A stretch of 64,000 nucleotides of DNA from Macrostomum lignano (Eukaryota), in assembly GCA_002269645.1 (NCBI GenBank), contig NIVC01002396.1, forward strand, positions 68,769-132,768, written 5' to 3'. The translations under genes and the position numbers were made by a program. Positions 13,301 through 23,400 of the stretch are shown here, piece by piece. Within the stretch, counting starts at the first letter, position 1. Every line of letters begins with the position of its first letter. The notes beneath the pieces are model-generated. The model ran no database searches. It was not told the origin of the DNA and saw only the letters and a program-made list of their open reading frames with translations.

Positions 13301-16300
13301 GGTGCTGGCGCCCCTGGTGCTGGCGCCCCTGGTGCTGGCGCCCCTGGTGCTAAAGCCCCTGGTGCTGGCGCCCCTGGTGCTGGCGCCCCTGGTGCTGGCG
13401 CCCCTGGTGCTGGCGCCCCTGGTGCTGGCGCCCCTGGTGCTGGCGCCCCTGGTGCTGGCGCCCCTGGTGCTGGCGCCCCTGGTGCTGGCGCCCCTGGTGC
13501 TGGCGCCCCTGGTGCTGGCGCCCCTGGTGCTGGCGCCCCTGGTGCTGGCGCCCCTGATGCTAAACACGGAGCGATCTTGGAAAAACGGTTTGATAAAAGT
13601 TGATTAAAGGGACGCCACTTGCCCTGAGATCTAGCAGGCTGATGACGCTTGTGTCGGCAGTCAAGGCCTCCAGGATATCCAGACAGCCGGTAGTTGTCAA
13701 CGGGTTGCCACCGATCTGCGAGAGGCAAAAAGCAATGTGGAGAATCATGCTAGAATATCCATGTACAATTCCCGGTTGGGTACTCGACTCCCAATTTTCG
13801 TATACAACACATTTGTACGAATCTCCAAGCACATTGACTGTAAAAAATGTGAATTTCCAAGAACTGACGAAGTCGAACTTTTTGAAAGAATCTCTAGGAA
13901 GTGTTTTCAAGAATGATGAAAAATTTCCTCTATTATGGTTATGAACAATCACTTCTAAGAATCTCCCAACCGTTTCTAAGAATCTCCCAATTGTTTATTA
14001 GCATCTTACAACTGTTTCTAAGAATCTACAAAACGTTTCTAAGAAACTCCCGACCGTTTCTAAGAATCCCGCGGCCATTATTAAAGCTTGACCCTTTATG
14101 TTGAATCTCCCAATTTGTGCTAGAATTTCCCAACCGTTTATATTAAAATCTCTGTTGTTTCTCAGAATCTGGCAAATGTTTCTAAGAATCTGTCAGCCAT
14201 TCATCCCGGTGCGCAGCATCCCAACCGCGAGCCTCACCCGCAGAGTCGCCAGCGAGTAGTTCAGCCTCAAGCCTTCGGCGATCAGCCTGGCGCCCTGCCA
14301 GTCCACCCGGCAGTGCGACACGTCCAACTCCCGAAGGTACTTGTTGGCCTGCAGCATGCTGGACAGGGCCAGGGCGCCCTCGTAGCCCAGGCCGTTCCAG
14401 CTCAGGTTGACCCTGCCAGGGGGCAGTGGCGGAGGCATGGTTAGTTGGAATAGCGACACTAGAAGATGGGCAGGAGGGATTGGGATTGGGAAAGAAAGGG
14501 GGAGAGACAGGGAGACAGAGGGAGGGAGACAGACAAGGAGGCGGGAAGGTAGACAGGGAGACAGGGAGACAGGGAGACAGGAAGGGAGACAGGGAGACAG
14601 GGAGACAGGAAGGGAGACAGGAGAGGGAGACAGGAAGGGAGACAGGAGAGGGAGACAGGAAGGGAGACAAGAGTGGGAGACAGGAGAGGGAGACAGGAGA
14701 GGGAGACAGGAGAGGGAGACAGGAGAGGGAGACAGGAGAGGGAGACAAGAGTGGGAGACAGGAGAGGGAGACAGGAGAGGGAGACAGGAGAGGGAGACAG
14801 GAGAGGGAGACAGGAGAGGGAGACAGGAGAGGGAGACAGGAGAGGGAGACAGGAGAGGGAGACAGGAGAGGGAGACAGGAGAGGGAGACAGGAGAGGGAG
14901 ACAGGAGAGGGAGACAGGAGAGGGAGACAGGAGAGGGAGACAGGAGAGGGAGACAGGAGAGGGAGACAGGAGAGGGAGACAGGAGAGGGAGACAGGAGAG
15001 GGAGACAGGAGAGGGAGACAGGAGAGGGAGACAGGAGAGGGAGACAGGAGAGGGAGACAGGAGAGGGAGACAGGAGAGGGAGACAGGAGAGGGAGACAGG
15101 AGAGGGAGACAGGAGAGGGAGAGGCGGGACAGTGCGGAGTCCCAGCCAACCAGAGCCAGCAGCCCGCACCTGGCCAGGCTGACATTCTTGCCGACACCCT
15201 GGCAGAGGGTGACCGCTCCGACGCGGCGCACGCGGCACCAGCTGATGTCCAGCTCCTCCAATACGAAGTTCTCAGTCAGAGCGCGGCCAACGTGGAGGCC
15301 GCCGGACTCGGACAGGCAGTTGCGGTCGAGTCGAAGCTGCCGAATTGAATCGTTCTGCTCGATGCCCAAGGCGAGGAATTTGCTGCCCGAGTCGCCGATT
15401 CTGTTGTCTGTTGGTTCCAACAGAAAATATTGATAGATTGATCGGCTTGTTGACTCGTTGATTGATTGATTAATTGATCGATTGATTAATTGATTGATTA
15501 ATTGATTGATTGATCGATTGATTGATTGATTGATTGATTGATCGATTGACTTGATTGATTTATTTGGTTGATTGATTGATCGATTTATTGATTGATTGAT
15601 CGATTGGTTGATTGATTGATCGATCGATTGATTGATTGATTAATTGGTTGATTGATCGATTGATTGATCGATAAATTGATTGATTGATTGATTGATTAAT
15701 TGATTGATTGATCGATTAATTGATCGATTAATTGATTGATTAATCGATTAATTGATTGATTGATCGATTAATTGATTGATTGATTGATTAATTGATTGAT
15801 TGATCGATTAATTGATTGATTGACTGATTGATTGATTGGTTGAATGGCTGATTCAATAGTTAAGCTACTAGGGCAGTCATAAATTAGCAGCACTCCGATA
15901 CAGCCGTACGCCTTCCTCACCGCTGACGTCCAGCATCTGTATGGCAGTGTTGTACTTCATCAAATCTGCCACTGCTATCGCTCCTTTATCGCCAATGTTG
16001 TTGCCCGAAATGTTCTTTTGGAAGAAATTTGACATCTTAGTATCAGATGAAGGCCAAAATAATTAATTCTAATACAACGTGCCGGACTTACCAGCTCTCG
16101 CACCGAGGGATTCGATCTCAGCACCTTGGATAATTGCAGCATGCCCTCCGCTTCCAGACCGTTTTGAGAGAGATCCAATTTAGTCACGTGACTGTTCACC
16201 TGCACATGTACGGTTGAAAGGATTGACTTGTCACTGTCCGTACGTAAACCATATTTTCTACACTAGTACACTCCACTGCCTAAATATCACACTAATTTTA

Positions 16301-18154
16301 CACACCCATGTACACCCCAGCCTCTACAACCCACTCCCTGTACACCTCAGCTTGTACAATTTGTACACCAAAGCCTGCACAACCCACTCCCTGCACATCC
16401 CAGCACCCCAGCCTGTACAACTCACTCCCTGCACAACTTAGTCCCTGTACACCCAGCCTGTACAACCCACTCCCTGCACACCTCAGTCCCTGTACACCCA
16501 GCCTGTACAACTCACTCCTTGCACACCTCAGTTCCTGTACACCCAGCCTGTACAACTCACTCCTTGCACACCTCAGTTCCTGTACACCCAGCCTGTACAA
16601 CTCACTCCTTGCACACCCCACTCCGCACTCACCCGCAGAGCCCGCCCAACCGGTCTAAAGGACGCCGGTCCCAGGTATCGCCCCGCCAGGCTGAGCGCGG
16701 GCTTCTCCAAGCCCTCCAGCACGCGGGTCTGCAGAGCGGCGGCCACCCCGGCCGTCTTTGACGCGGCAGACAACGTCGGTTCGCTGAAGTCGTCGCCGAC
16801 ACTGTTGCACAGCACCGCGTAGACTGTCTGGCTGCGCGTCAGGCCGCGCTCGGTGTGCAGCCGGCGACTCATGCGCTCTCGAGACAGCCGCGCCGACGGC
16901 TGCTCAGCTTCAGCCACCTCCACTGCCAGTGATTGAGTCGCTTAGTTGTACATGCATGTTTATTAATGTGCTTCACTCGCCTCACTCACCTCACTCACTT
17001 CTCTTGCCTCACTCACTTCACTCACTTCACTCGCCTCACTTCACTCACTTCTCTTGCCTCACTCACTTCACTCGCCTCACTCACTTCACTCACTTCACTC
17101 ACTTCACTCACCTCACTCACTTCACTCGCCTCACTCACTTCACTCTCCTCACTCACTTCACTCGCCTCACTCACTTCACTCGCCTCACTCACTTCACTCA
17201 CTTCACTCTCCTCACTCACTTCACTCTCTTCACTCGCCTCACTTACCTCACTCACTTCACTCTCCTCACTCACTTCACTCTCCTCACTCACTTCACTCTC
17301 TTCACTCGCCTCACTCACCTCACTCACTTCACTCTCCTCACTCTCTTCACTCGCCTCACTCACCTCACTCACTTCACTCTCCTCACTCACTTCACTCTCT
17401 TCACTCGCCTCACTCACTTCACTCGCCTCACTCACTTCACTCGCCTCACTAACTTCACTCTCCTCACTCACTTCTCTTGCCTCACTCACTTCTCATTCTC
17501 CTCACTCAGTTCACTCTCCTCACTCACTTCTCATTCTCCTCACTCAGTTCACTCGCCTCACTCACTTCTCATTCTCCTCACTCAGTTCACTCGCCTCACT
17601 CACTTCTCATTCTCCTCACTCAGTTCACTCTCCTCAGACTCACTGCAGCCTCCTCACTCAGCTACATGTACTACTTCACTCGGTTAGAGAACAGCATTCT
17701 ACACAAGCAGTTGACGCAGACAATTTCTTTTAAAATCAATGCTTTAAAGCCCAGAACCTTTCTAGAAAAGAATAACTATAGCTATTTCAAATCACGGACG
17801 CACAATTGTGTTCCTTCCTTGACAGCAATAAAATGTACACCGTACTATTGCTTAGGATGAACAAAAGTACATGTAAAAGCAGGATACACGTACACCTTTC
17901 TTCAGCTAAGCAACAAAGCTGTCAGAACCCAACAAACAGTGTGAGATCCGGCCGACAGCTTCTATCAATCGAGCAATACCAAATCTTAATAATAATATCT
18001 AATAAGCTCATAATCACGCACCGCTCACGTCCAGGTCTGTGCTGCAGCCGTCGGAGCTGTCGCCGCTGTCGTCTCGAGCATCGAAGTAGCAGCGATCGAG
18101 TCTGATTGACACTTCGGCACCAGCTGCATCGCTTGGTGCTGTAGGATCAGACAT
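10375..18154 (-). CDS. LRRC74: LRRC74-like leucine-rich-repeat protein with a degenerate C-terminal EF-hand
   Basis: Exons (minus strand): 18154-18029, ~16917-16633 (acceptor uncertain), 16199-16092, 16014-15921, 15407-15170, 14412-14238, 13715-13623 (GC donor), 13059-12802, 11879-11740, 10708-10375. RI-type LRRs (LDLSQNGL, NISGNNIG, LDISWC, VNLSWNGLG, LDLRGN); STDLD motif resembling the LRRC74 TDLE; EF-hand-like LFRSFDKDLAMQMNREEF. The exon 1-2 junction is not fully resolved. Confidence 0.75.
10715..11662. repeat. 25-bp G-rich minisatellite, last intron of the LRRC74-like gene
   Basis: Unit TGATGGGGTGGCGGGTGAAACAGAC with variants. Confidence 0.93.
11955..12215 (-). repeat. Unclassified ~300-bp interspersed repeat, copy 2
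   Basis: Reverse complement contains TCACGTGACACA...GATAATGTACATGG...CCAGGACGCGAGCGATGGGG...TACTACTG, collinear with the 59913-60197 copy. Confidence 0.7.
12459..12721 (+). mobile_element. tRNA-derived SINE, copy 1
   Basis: A box TAGCCTAGTGG (12466-12476) and B box GGTTCGATTCC (12510-12520), followed by a ~200-bp body shared with the inverted copy at 9596-9877. Confidence 0.75.
13133..13557. repeat. 15-bp minisatellite (~28 near-identical copies) in the GC-AG intron
   Basis: Unit GCGCCCCTGGTGCTG. Confidence 0.95.
14500..15122. repeat. 13-bp purine minisatellite, LRRC74-like intron
   Basis: Unit GGAGAGGGAGACA. Confidence 0.93.
15432..15845. repeat. (GATT)n-like microsatellite, LRRC74-like intron
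   Basis: Direct inspection. Confidence 0.9.
16290..16620. repeat. 45-bp minisatellite, LRRC74-like intron
   Basis: Unit CACCTCAGTTCCTGTACACCCAGCCTGTACAACTCACTCCTTGCA. Confidence 0.85.
16970..17640. repeat. CACT/CTCA-rich degenerate repeat, LRRC74-like intron 1
   Basis: Mixed CTCACTCACTTCACT units. Confidence 0.88.
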
Positions 18155-18315
18155 CTCTGCATCTGATTGGTGTGGCTAAATATTAGAAGCAACAGCCGAA
18201 CATGCAGCTTCACTTGTTGCTATCCTCACAAGTCTCTTCTTGCTTATACATGTAATCTCCCCATTTTCAATGTCTGGTATGCATCTGCCCTCCCACTGGT
18301 TTAGAGGGCTGGCGC

Positions 18316-18329
18316 GTTGTCATGACAAC
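18316..18329. promoter_or_regulatory. RFX X-box-like palindrome GTTGTCATGACAAC upstream of the LRRC74-like gene
   Basis: Perfect 14-bp palindrome close to the RFX consensus GTTGCCATGGCAAC, ~160 bp upstream of the predicted ATG at 18154. Confidence 0.55.
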
Positions 18330-18831
18330 CGAGGCAGTCTCTGCAGTCTCAGCAGGTTGCTGTTATTGCATTTTCACGGAGGGAGGCCCCCCTTCCGAGG
18401 TTGCTGGCCGCGCGCTCTCTCCTAGCCCAAGCCAACAGCCAAATTGCTCCCGTGGTATTATAGAAAACTTTTATTATACAGCGCGTCTCAGCTCTTTCTT
18501 CCTTTCTCCCTGCCTGTCTGTCAAGTGTTTAGCTTAGCGACTGTTTGAGCGGGCCCAGCAAGCGATGAAAAGCATTCATTTCCTTTGCCTAGAAGCAATC
18601 GATATATTGTACAACAGACGCCCTGCTCCGCCTCAAACAGATGGGAGAAATTCCCCTCTGCCCCTTTAGTTTGTGTTGGGGATAAAAACTACAGCGCAAA
18701 AAGAAAAAAATACGTTCCTTAGTTTTTGTGAAAGAAGGTCCTTGGTTCAAATCTCAACTAAGACGGCTGTTCTGGAGCTGCCACTGTCTCGTGGTATTTC
18801 TTAAACTTTTCGTTTGCAATAGCTACATGTA

Positions 18832-20177
18832 CGAGGTGTATTCAAAAAGTTCTTTTCGGTACCCTACAAAACTGAACACAAAACAACTGGAACTATGAAA
18901 ACACTGTTAGATTGCTTAACATGATTCGGTCACTCAACATATTCACCGCCAATGTCTTTGCACTTCTGCCAGCGATTTACCAGGCCTCTGATTCCGGAAC
19001 TCACACCACTCGCGTCCGTTTGGCGAACAGCTTGATTGCATGCAGCCTCGATGTGCTCGACGCTGTCGAATCGAATGCCCCGAAGGTGCTTCTTCACAGA
19101 TGGAAATAAGAAGAAGTCGCACGGCGACAAATCAGGCGAATAGGCTGGATGTTGGAGCACTTCCCATCCCCATTTGCTCAGGAGTTCCACGACGTTGTGC
19201 TTGCGATGTGCTGGCGCATTGTCGTGCAGCAGGATCACGCCAGATTCCAGCAGATCAGGGCGCTTCTTTCGTATTGCTGGGCGCAGCTTCTCCTTCAGAA
19301 TTCACTTGTAGTAGTCCCCATTGACGGTGGTTCCTTGTGGGACTGCCCAGTTCAGCAGGATTCCTTGGGAATCAAAAAACATGACGTGCATGATCTTCAT
19401 CGCGCCCTGCTTCCTGATGGCCTTCTGAGGTCTTGGAGAATGTGCTGGAAGCCATTCGGCAGACTGGGCCTTTGTCTCAGGATCCCAGCTGTAAACCCAC
19501 GTCTCGTCTCCAGCTACAATTCTTGATAGAAAATCCTCCCCTTCTCGATGGAACCGACGCAGGTGGCTGCTTGAAGCCACAGTTCGCTGCATCTTTTGCT
19601 CACCTGTCAGCAGGTGTGGCACCCACTTGCAAAACTTTTTCTGCAGGTGAAGACGCTCCGTCAGAATGGTGTGGACGCTTCCTACTGACACACCAACGTC
19701 TTCTGCCAACTCTTCGCAAGTCCGTCGCCGATCATCATCCAGGAGCTCTTGCACTTTCTTCACAACAGTCTCGTTGGTTGCAGTCATCGGCCTTCCAGAG
19801 CGATCATTGTCCTCAACGCTCTCTCTTCCCTCAGCGAACAGCCGGTACCATTTTCGAACTGTCTGCTCAGTTGGTGCACATTTGCCAAGCACTTGCTGAA
19901 GCTCCCTAAACATATCCGGTGGCTTTTTTCCTTGCAGAAACTGAAACTTCATCAAGCTTCGAACGTCTTGCTTTGAAAATGATTCAGCCATGGCCAAGAA
20001 ATTGAGTGGTAGATGATAGAAATGTTCGCTGCTCTAACATAGTTGCAAACTGAGACTTAAAACCCTAGGAACGTTTAGGCCATAGACATAACTTGGTGAA
20101 ATCGCTAAAATTCTGTTTACAAGGCTTTTTAAAAATAAATGCCAAAGGACCGAAAAGAACTTTTTGAATACACCTCG
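18832..20177 (-). mobile_element. mariner (DD34D) DNA transposon, 1346 bp
   Basis: Perfect 29-bp TIRs CGAGGTGTATTCAAAAAGTTCTTTTCGGT. TA duplication at 18830-18831 and 20178-20179; the 3' LTR shows the empty site (ATG-TA-CGTTC). Confidence 0.96.
18930..19997 (-). pseudogene. mariner transposase (355 codons) with one in-frame TGA at 19304-19302
   Basis: ORFs 19302-19997 and 18930-19238 are in the same frame (YYK*ILKEKLRPAIRKKRPDLLESGVILLHDN). Motifs WVPHLL, GDETW, HDNAPAH, YSPDLSPCD; 34 residues between the second and third catalytic Asp. Confidence 0.88.
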
Positions 20178-20484
20178 TACGTTCAATGAGGCTAACATAT
20201 TTTTTTTGCTCATACGTACAGTCCCTAATTATTGATCGCACCACTTTCATTCTTCACTGATCGCCCCACCCCACATTACGCTCACGTGTATTGTACGCTT
20301 TCACTCAGCTCATTAAATATATCGACCCAGAGCATCTCGCTCAAGAGCCTTTTTCGTTTTTCATCGTTTCAGTAGCGCAGCATATAGTTTGTCTTTCATC
20401 TCGAGTTATTCTAGCAACCATTTGGTAGCAGAGCGTGGTTACTCAAGCCACAGTACATCGTGCCCAATAGTCTGTTAGATCAGT

Positions 20485-23400
20485 ATGAGCGACGACGAAA
20501 AACAGAAGCAAGCGCCAGAGCCCGACGTTGCTTCGCTGAATGCTCTGAGGCGACAAAAGACCAAGTTCAAGTCTGCGCTGACCAAGAATCGAAATAAACT
20601 GGCCTGGCTATTACAAGACGGTTCTGACAAGAGCGAAATTCAGCACCAATGCGAAGCCGTAACCGAGATCTTCGAGGGAACAATCGAGGCGCTGTATGAG
20701 TTGAGCGACGAGTTGCAACGAAACAACAGCGACGCAGTACAGCACTCTCGGCTGCTCGATGAAATAGAAACCGTCGAGGAGGACTACCGCGTCAGCATGC
20801 GAGAGGTCCAGCGTTTCCTAGCAACTCAGCAGTCACCATCTGCAGCGGCACAAGTTCCTCAGGAGACAGCGGCAGCGTCGGCAGCAGAGCCGGCGGCAGA
20901 GTCGGCGGCAGCGACAGCCCAATCGCTGGGTGCAGTCAATCTAGATCGGCAAATCGGATTTAGTGTTGCAGAGCCGGACTTCATGCGAGGACAGAGACAG
21001 CAGAGGCCCTACAGAGACCTTGGTGAGTTTGGCTACCTGCCTTCTTCAAATCAGCATGCGGGTTTCGAGATGAGAGCGGATGATCGAACAAGCTCTTCTG
21101 AATCAGTAGACGAATGCAGGCTCGGCAACTCTTCGGAGCAAGAGCTGTCGAAGGATCTCTGGAAGATGTTGCGCAGAGTGGAGATTCCAACATTCTATGG
21201 CGACAAGCAACAGTATGAAGCGTGGAAGGCTGCCTTCATGGCTTGCATCGATAGGGCTCCAGCAACACCAGAGTTCAAACTGCTGCAGTTGCGTCAGTAT
21301 TTGCGTGGATCAGCGCTGAAGGTAATAGAGCACTTGGGTCATTCGGCTGCTGCCTATCAGGCGGCCAAGGAGAGATTGGAGCGTGAGTACGGCGGCAAGC
21401 GACGACAGTTGGCGCACTACTTGGAGGAGCTAGATAGTTTTCCACCCGTGAAGCAGAATAGTGCCGAGGAGCTGAAGAAATTCGCAAACATCCTCGATGT
21501 GGCTGTAATTAATTTGGAAGAAGCTGGTAAGAACTCCGAACTTAGTGATGGACTGCTTTATGCTAGATTGCAAAAAAAGTTACCAGAGCCGATGGTCGCA
21601 GCATTTCGACGATGGATCTTCGAGAAGGCGAAAGCAGAAGGCGTTAGGACCCTTCGAGAGTGGGTTTTGCGTGAGGCAGAGTTCCGGACTGAGGCAGCAG
21701 AAATTGTGTACGGGGTGGCCGCATCGAGTCAGGAGCAACCAAGAAAGGACAGCAAGCAGAAGGCCTTCCATGTAGCGCAGCTAAGCAAGAGCTCAAGCAA
21801 GGGGAGCTACTCCTGTGTAGTCTGCAAGGAGGCGCACGATCTATGGAAGTGTCCCGCATTCGGGAAACTGTCGTCTGAGAACAGATGGAAGGCTGCTCAG
21901 GAAGCCAAAGCCTGTTTCCGCTGTCTTGGCCATGGTCACACCGGTATGAACTGCCGACGAGGTCGAAAGTGCGGCGTTGATGGATGCACCAAATCCCACC
22001 ATCGTCTGCTGCATTCGACAGCAAGGTCGGAATCGAAAGAGAAGTCAGAAGTCAAAGCCGGTGCTGAGCAAGAAATGCAGTCGAAGCCGAAAGCTGCAAC
22101 CGTGACAATGGTCGCTAGAGAAGCCAGTGCGGTTTCACTTCGAACGGTTCCGGTCATTCTTAAGGCGAATAGGCGAGCGGTGAAGGTCAATGCCTTACTT
22201 GATGACGCCAGCACAAAGACCTATTTGAATACGGCGATAGCATCCAAGCTTGGCCTGCACGGCAAACAGGAATCAATGCAGGTAAACGTGTTGAACGGAC
22301 AGGTGGAAACCTTCATAACAGCACCAGTGTCATGCACCTTGGAGAGTACTGACAGCCAAATAAGCAAGGAGATTACTGCGCTGACGGTAGATAGAGTGAC
22401 AGGGAACATGGAAGTAGTAGATTGGCAAGAATTGGCGTCGAAATGGTCGCACTTAGCGAACATTCCGTTTCCAAGAATGCAAACGCCAGCGGAGGTTGAC
22501 TTGCTGATCGGAGTCGATCACCCAGACTTGCATGCATCACAGTTGGAAGTGACCGGCGACCCCGGAGATCCGCAAGCGCGGCTGACACCTTTAGGTTGGA
22601 CTTGTATCGGTAGAGTTGATGGAGCTTCGGAGCACGCGTTGTTTGCAAACACGTTCTTCAGCCGGGGCGGGTCTGAGAATCTAGCGCCACTGTTACGCCA
22701 GTTTTGGGAAGTAGAAGAGGTGAGAAGCATCGAACCATCTTCATTTACTAATGCAGAGCAGCTCGCTTTGGAAAGAACTCGATCATCGCTAAAGTTCGTC
22801 GATGGGCGATACCAAGTTGGCATTCCGTGGAAACCGGATGTCACGTTTAAAGATAGCAACTTTGAAATGGCTATCAGGCGGCTTGCAAATACCGAGAAGA
22901 GGCTCCGCAAAGATCCGGATCTAGCAAAGCAGTATCAGGACGTCATCAGTCGCTACGAAAATGTTGGCTACATCAGAAGAGTACTGGAGCATGAGCAACA
23001 ACCAGCGAACAGGTATCACCTTCCTCATTTCCCAGTGGTTCGAATGGATAAGGCAACTACCAAGGTGCGCATCGTCTTTGATGCTTCAGCTGGCGGTGAG
23101 GAGTCGTTGAATAGCCTTATGCTGGCAGGACCGAAGCTTCAGAAAGATCTGGTTGATGTGCTCCTGCGCTTCAGGAGGCATCCAGTGGCGGTTGCTTGCG
23201 ACATTTCTGAAATGTACTTGCAAATCGCGATCGCACCAGAAGATCGGGCAGCGCACAGCTTTCTGTGGCGGGACATGGATCCGACAAAGATACCACAGAC
23301 ATTCGAGTTCAACCGAGTGGTTTTTGGAGCAACGAGCTCACCATTTCTGGCGCAATTCGTGACTCAGGAGCACGCGAAGAAGCTGAAGCAGGAGTTTCCA

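Noticed and set aside
18025-18213. ORF-track frame (MKLHVRLL...TWT) as exon 1 of the LRRC74-like gene
   Set aside because: It ends in phase 2, which does not join the LRR frame at the CAG acceptor. The alternative frame from ATG 18154 (MSDPTAP...STDLD) resembles LRRC74 and ends in phase 0.
22186-22212. Protease motif LLDDAS instead of D-S/T-G as a sign of inactivation
   Set aside because: The catalytic Asp is present, the LTRs look identical (recent transposition), and BEL/Pao proteases vary at this motif; not enough to call a defect.
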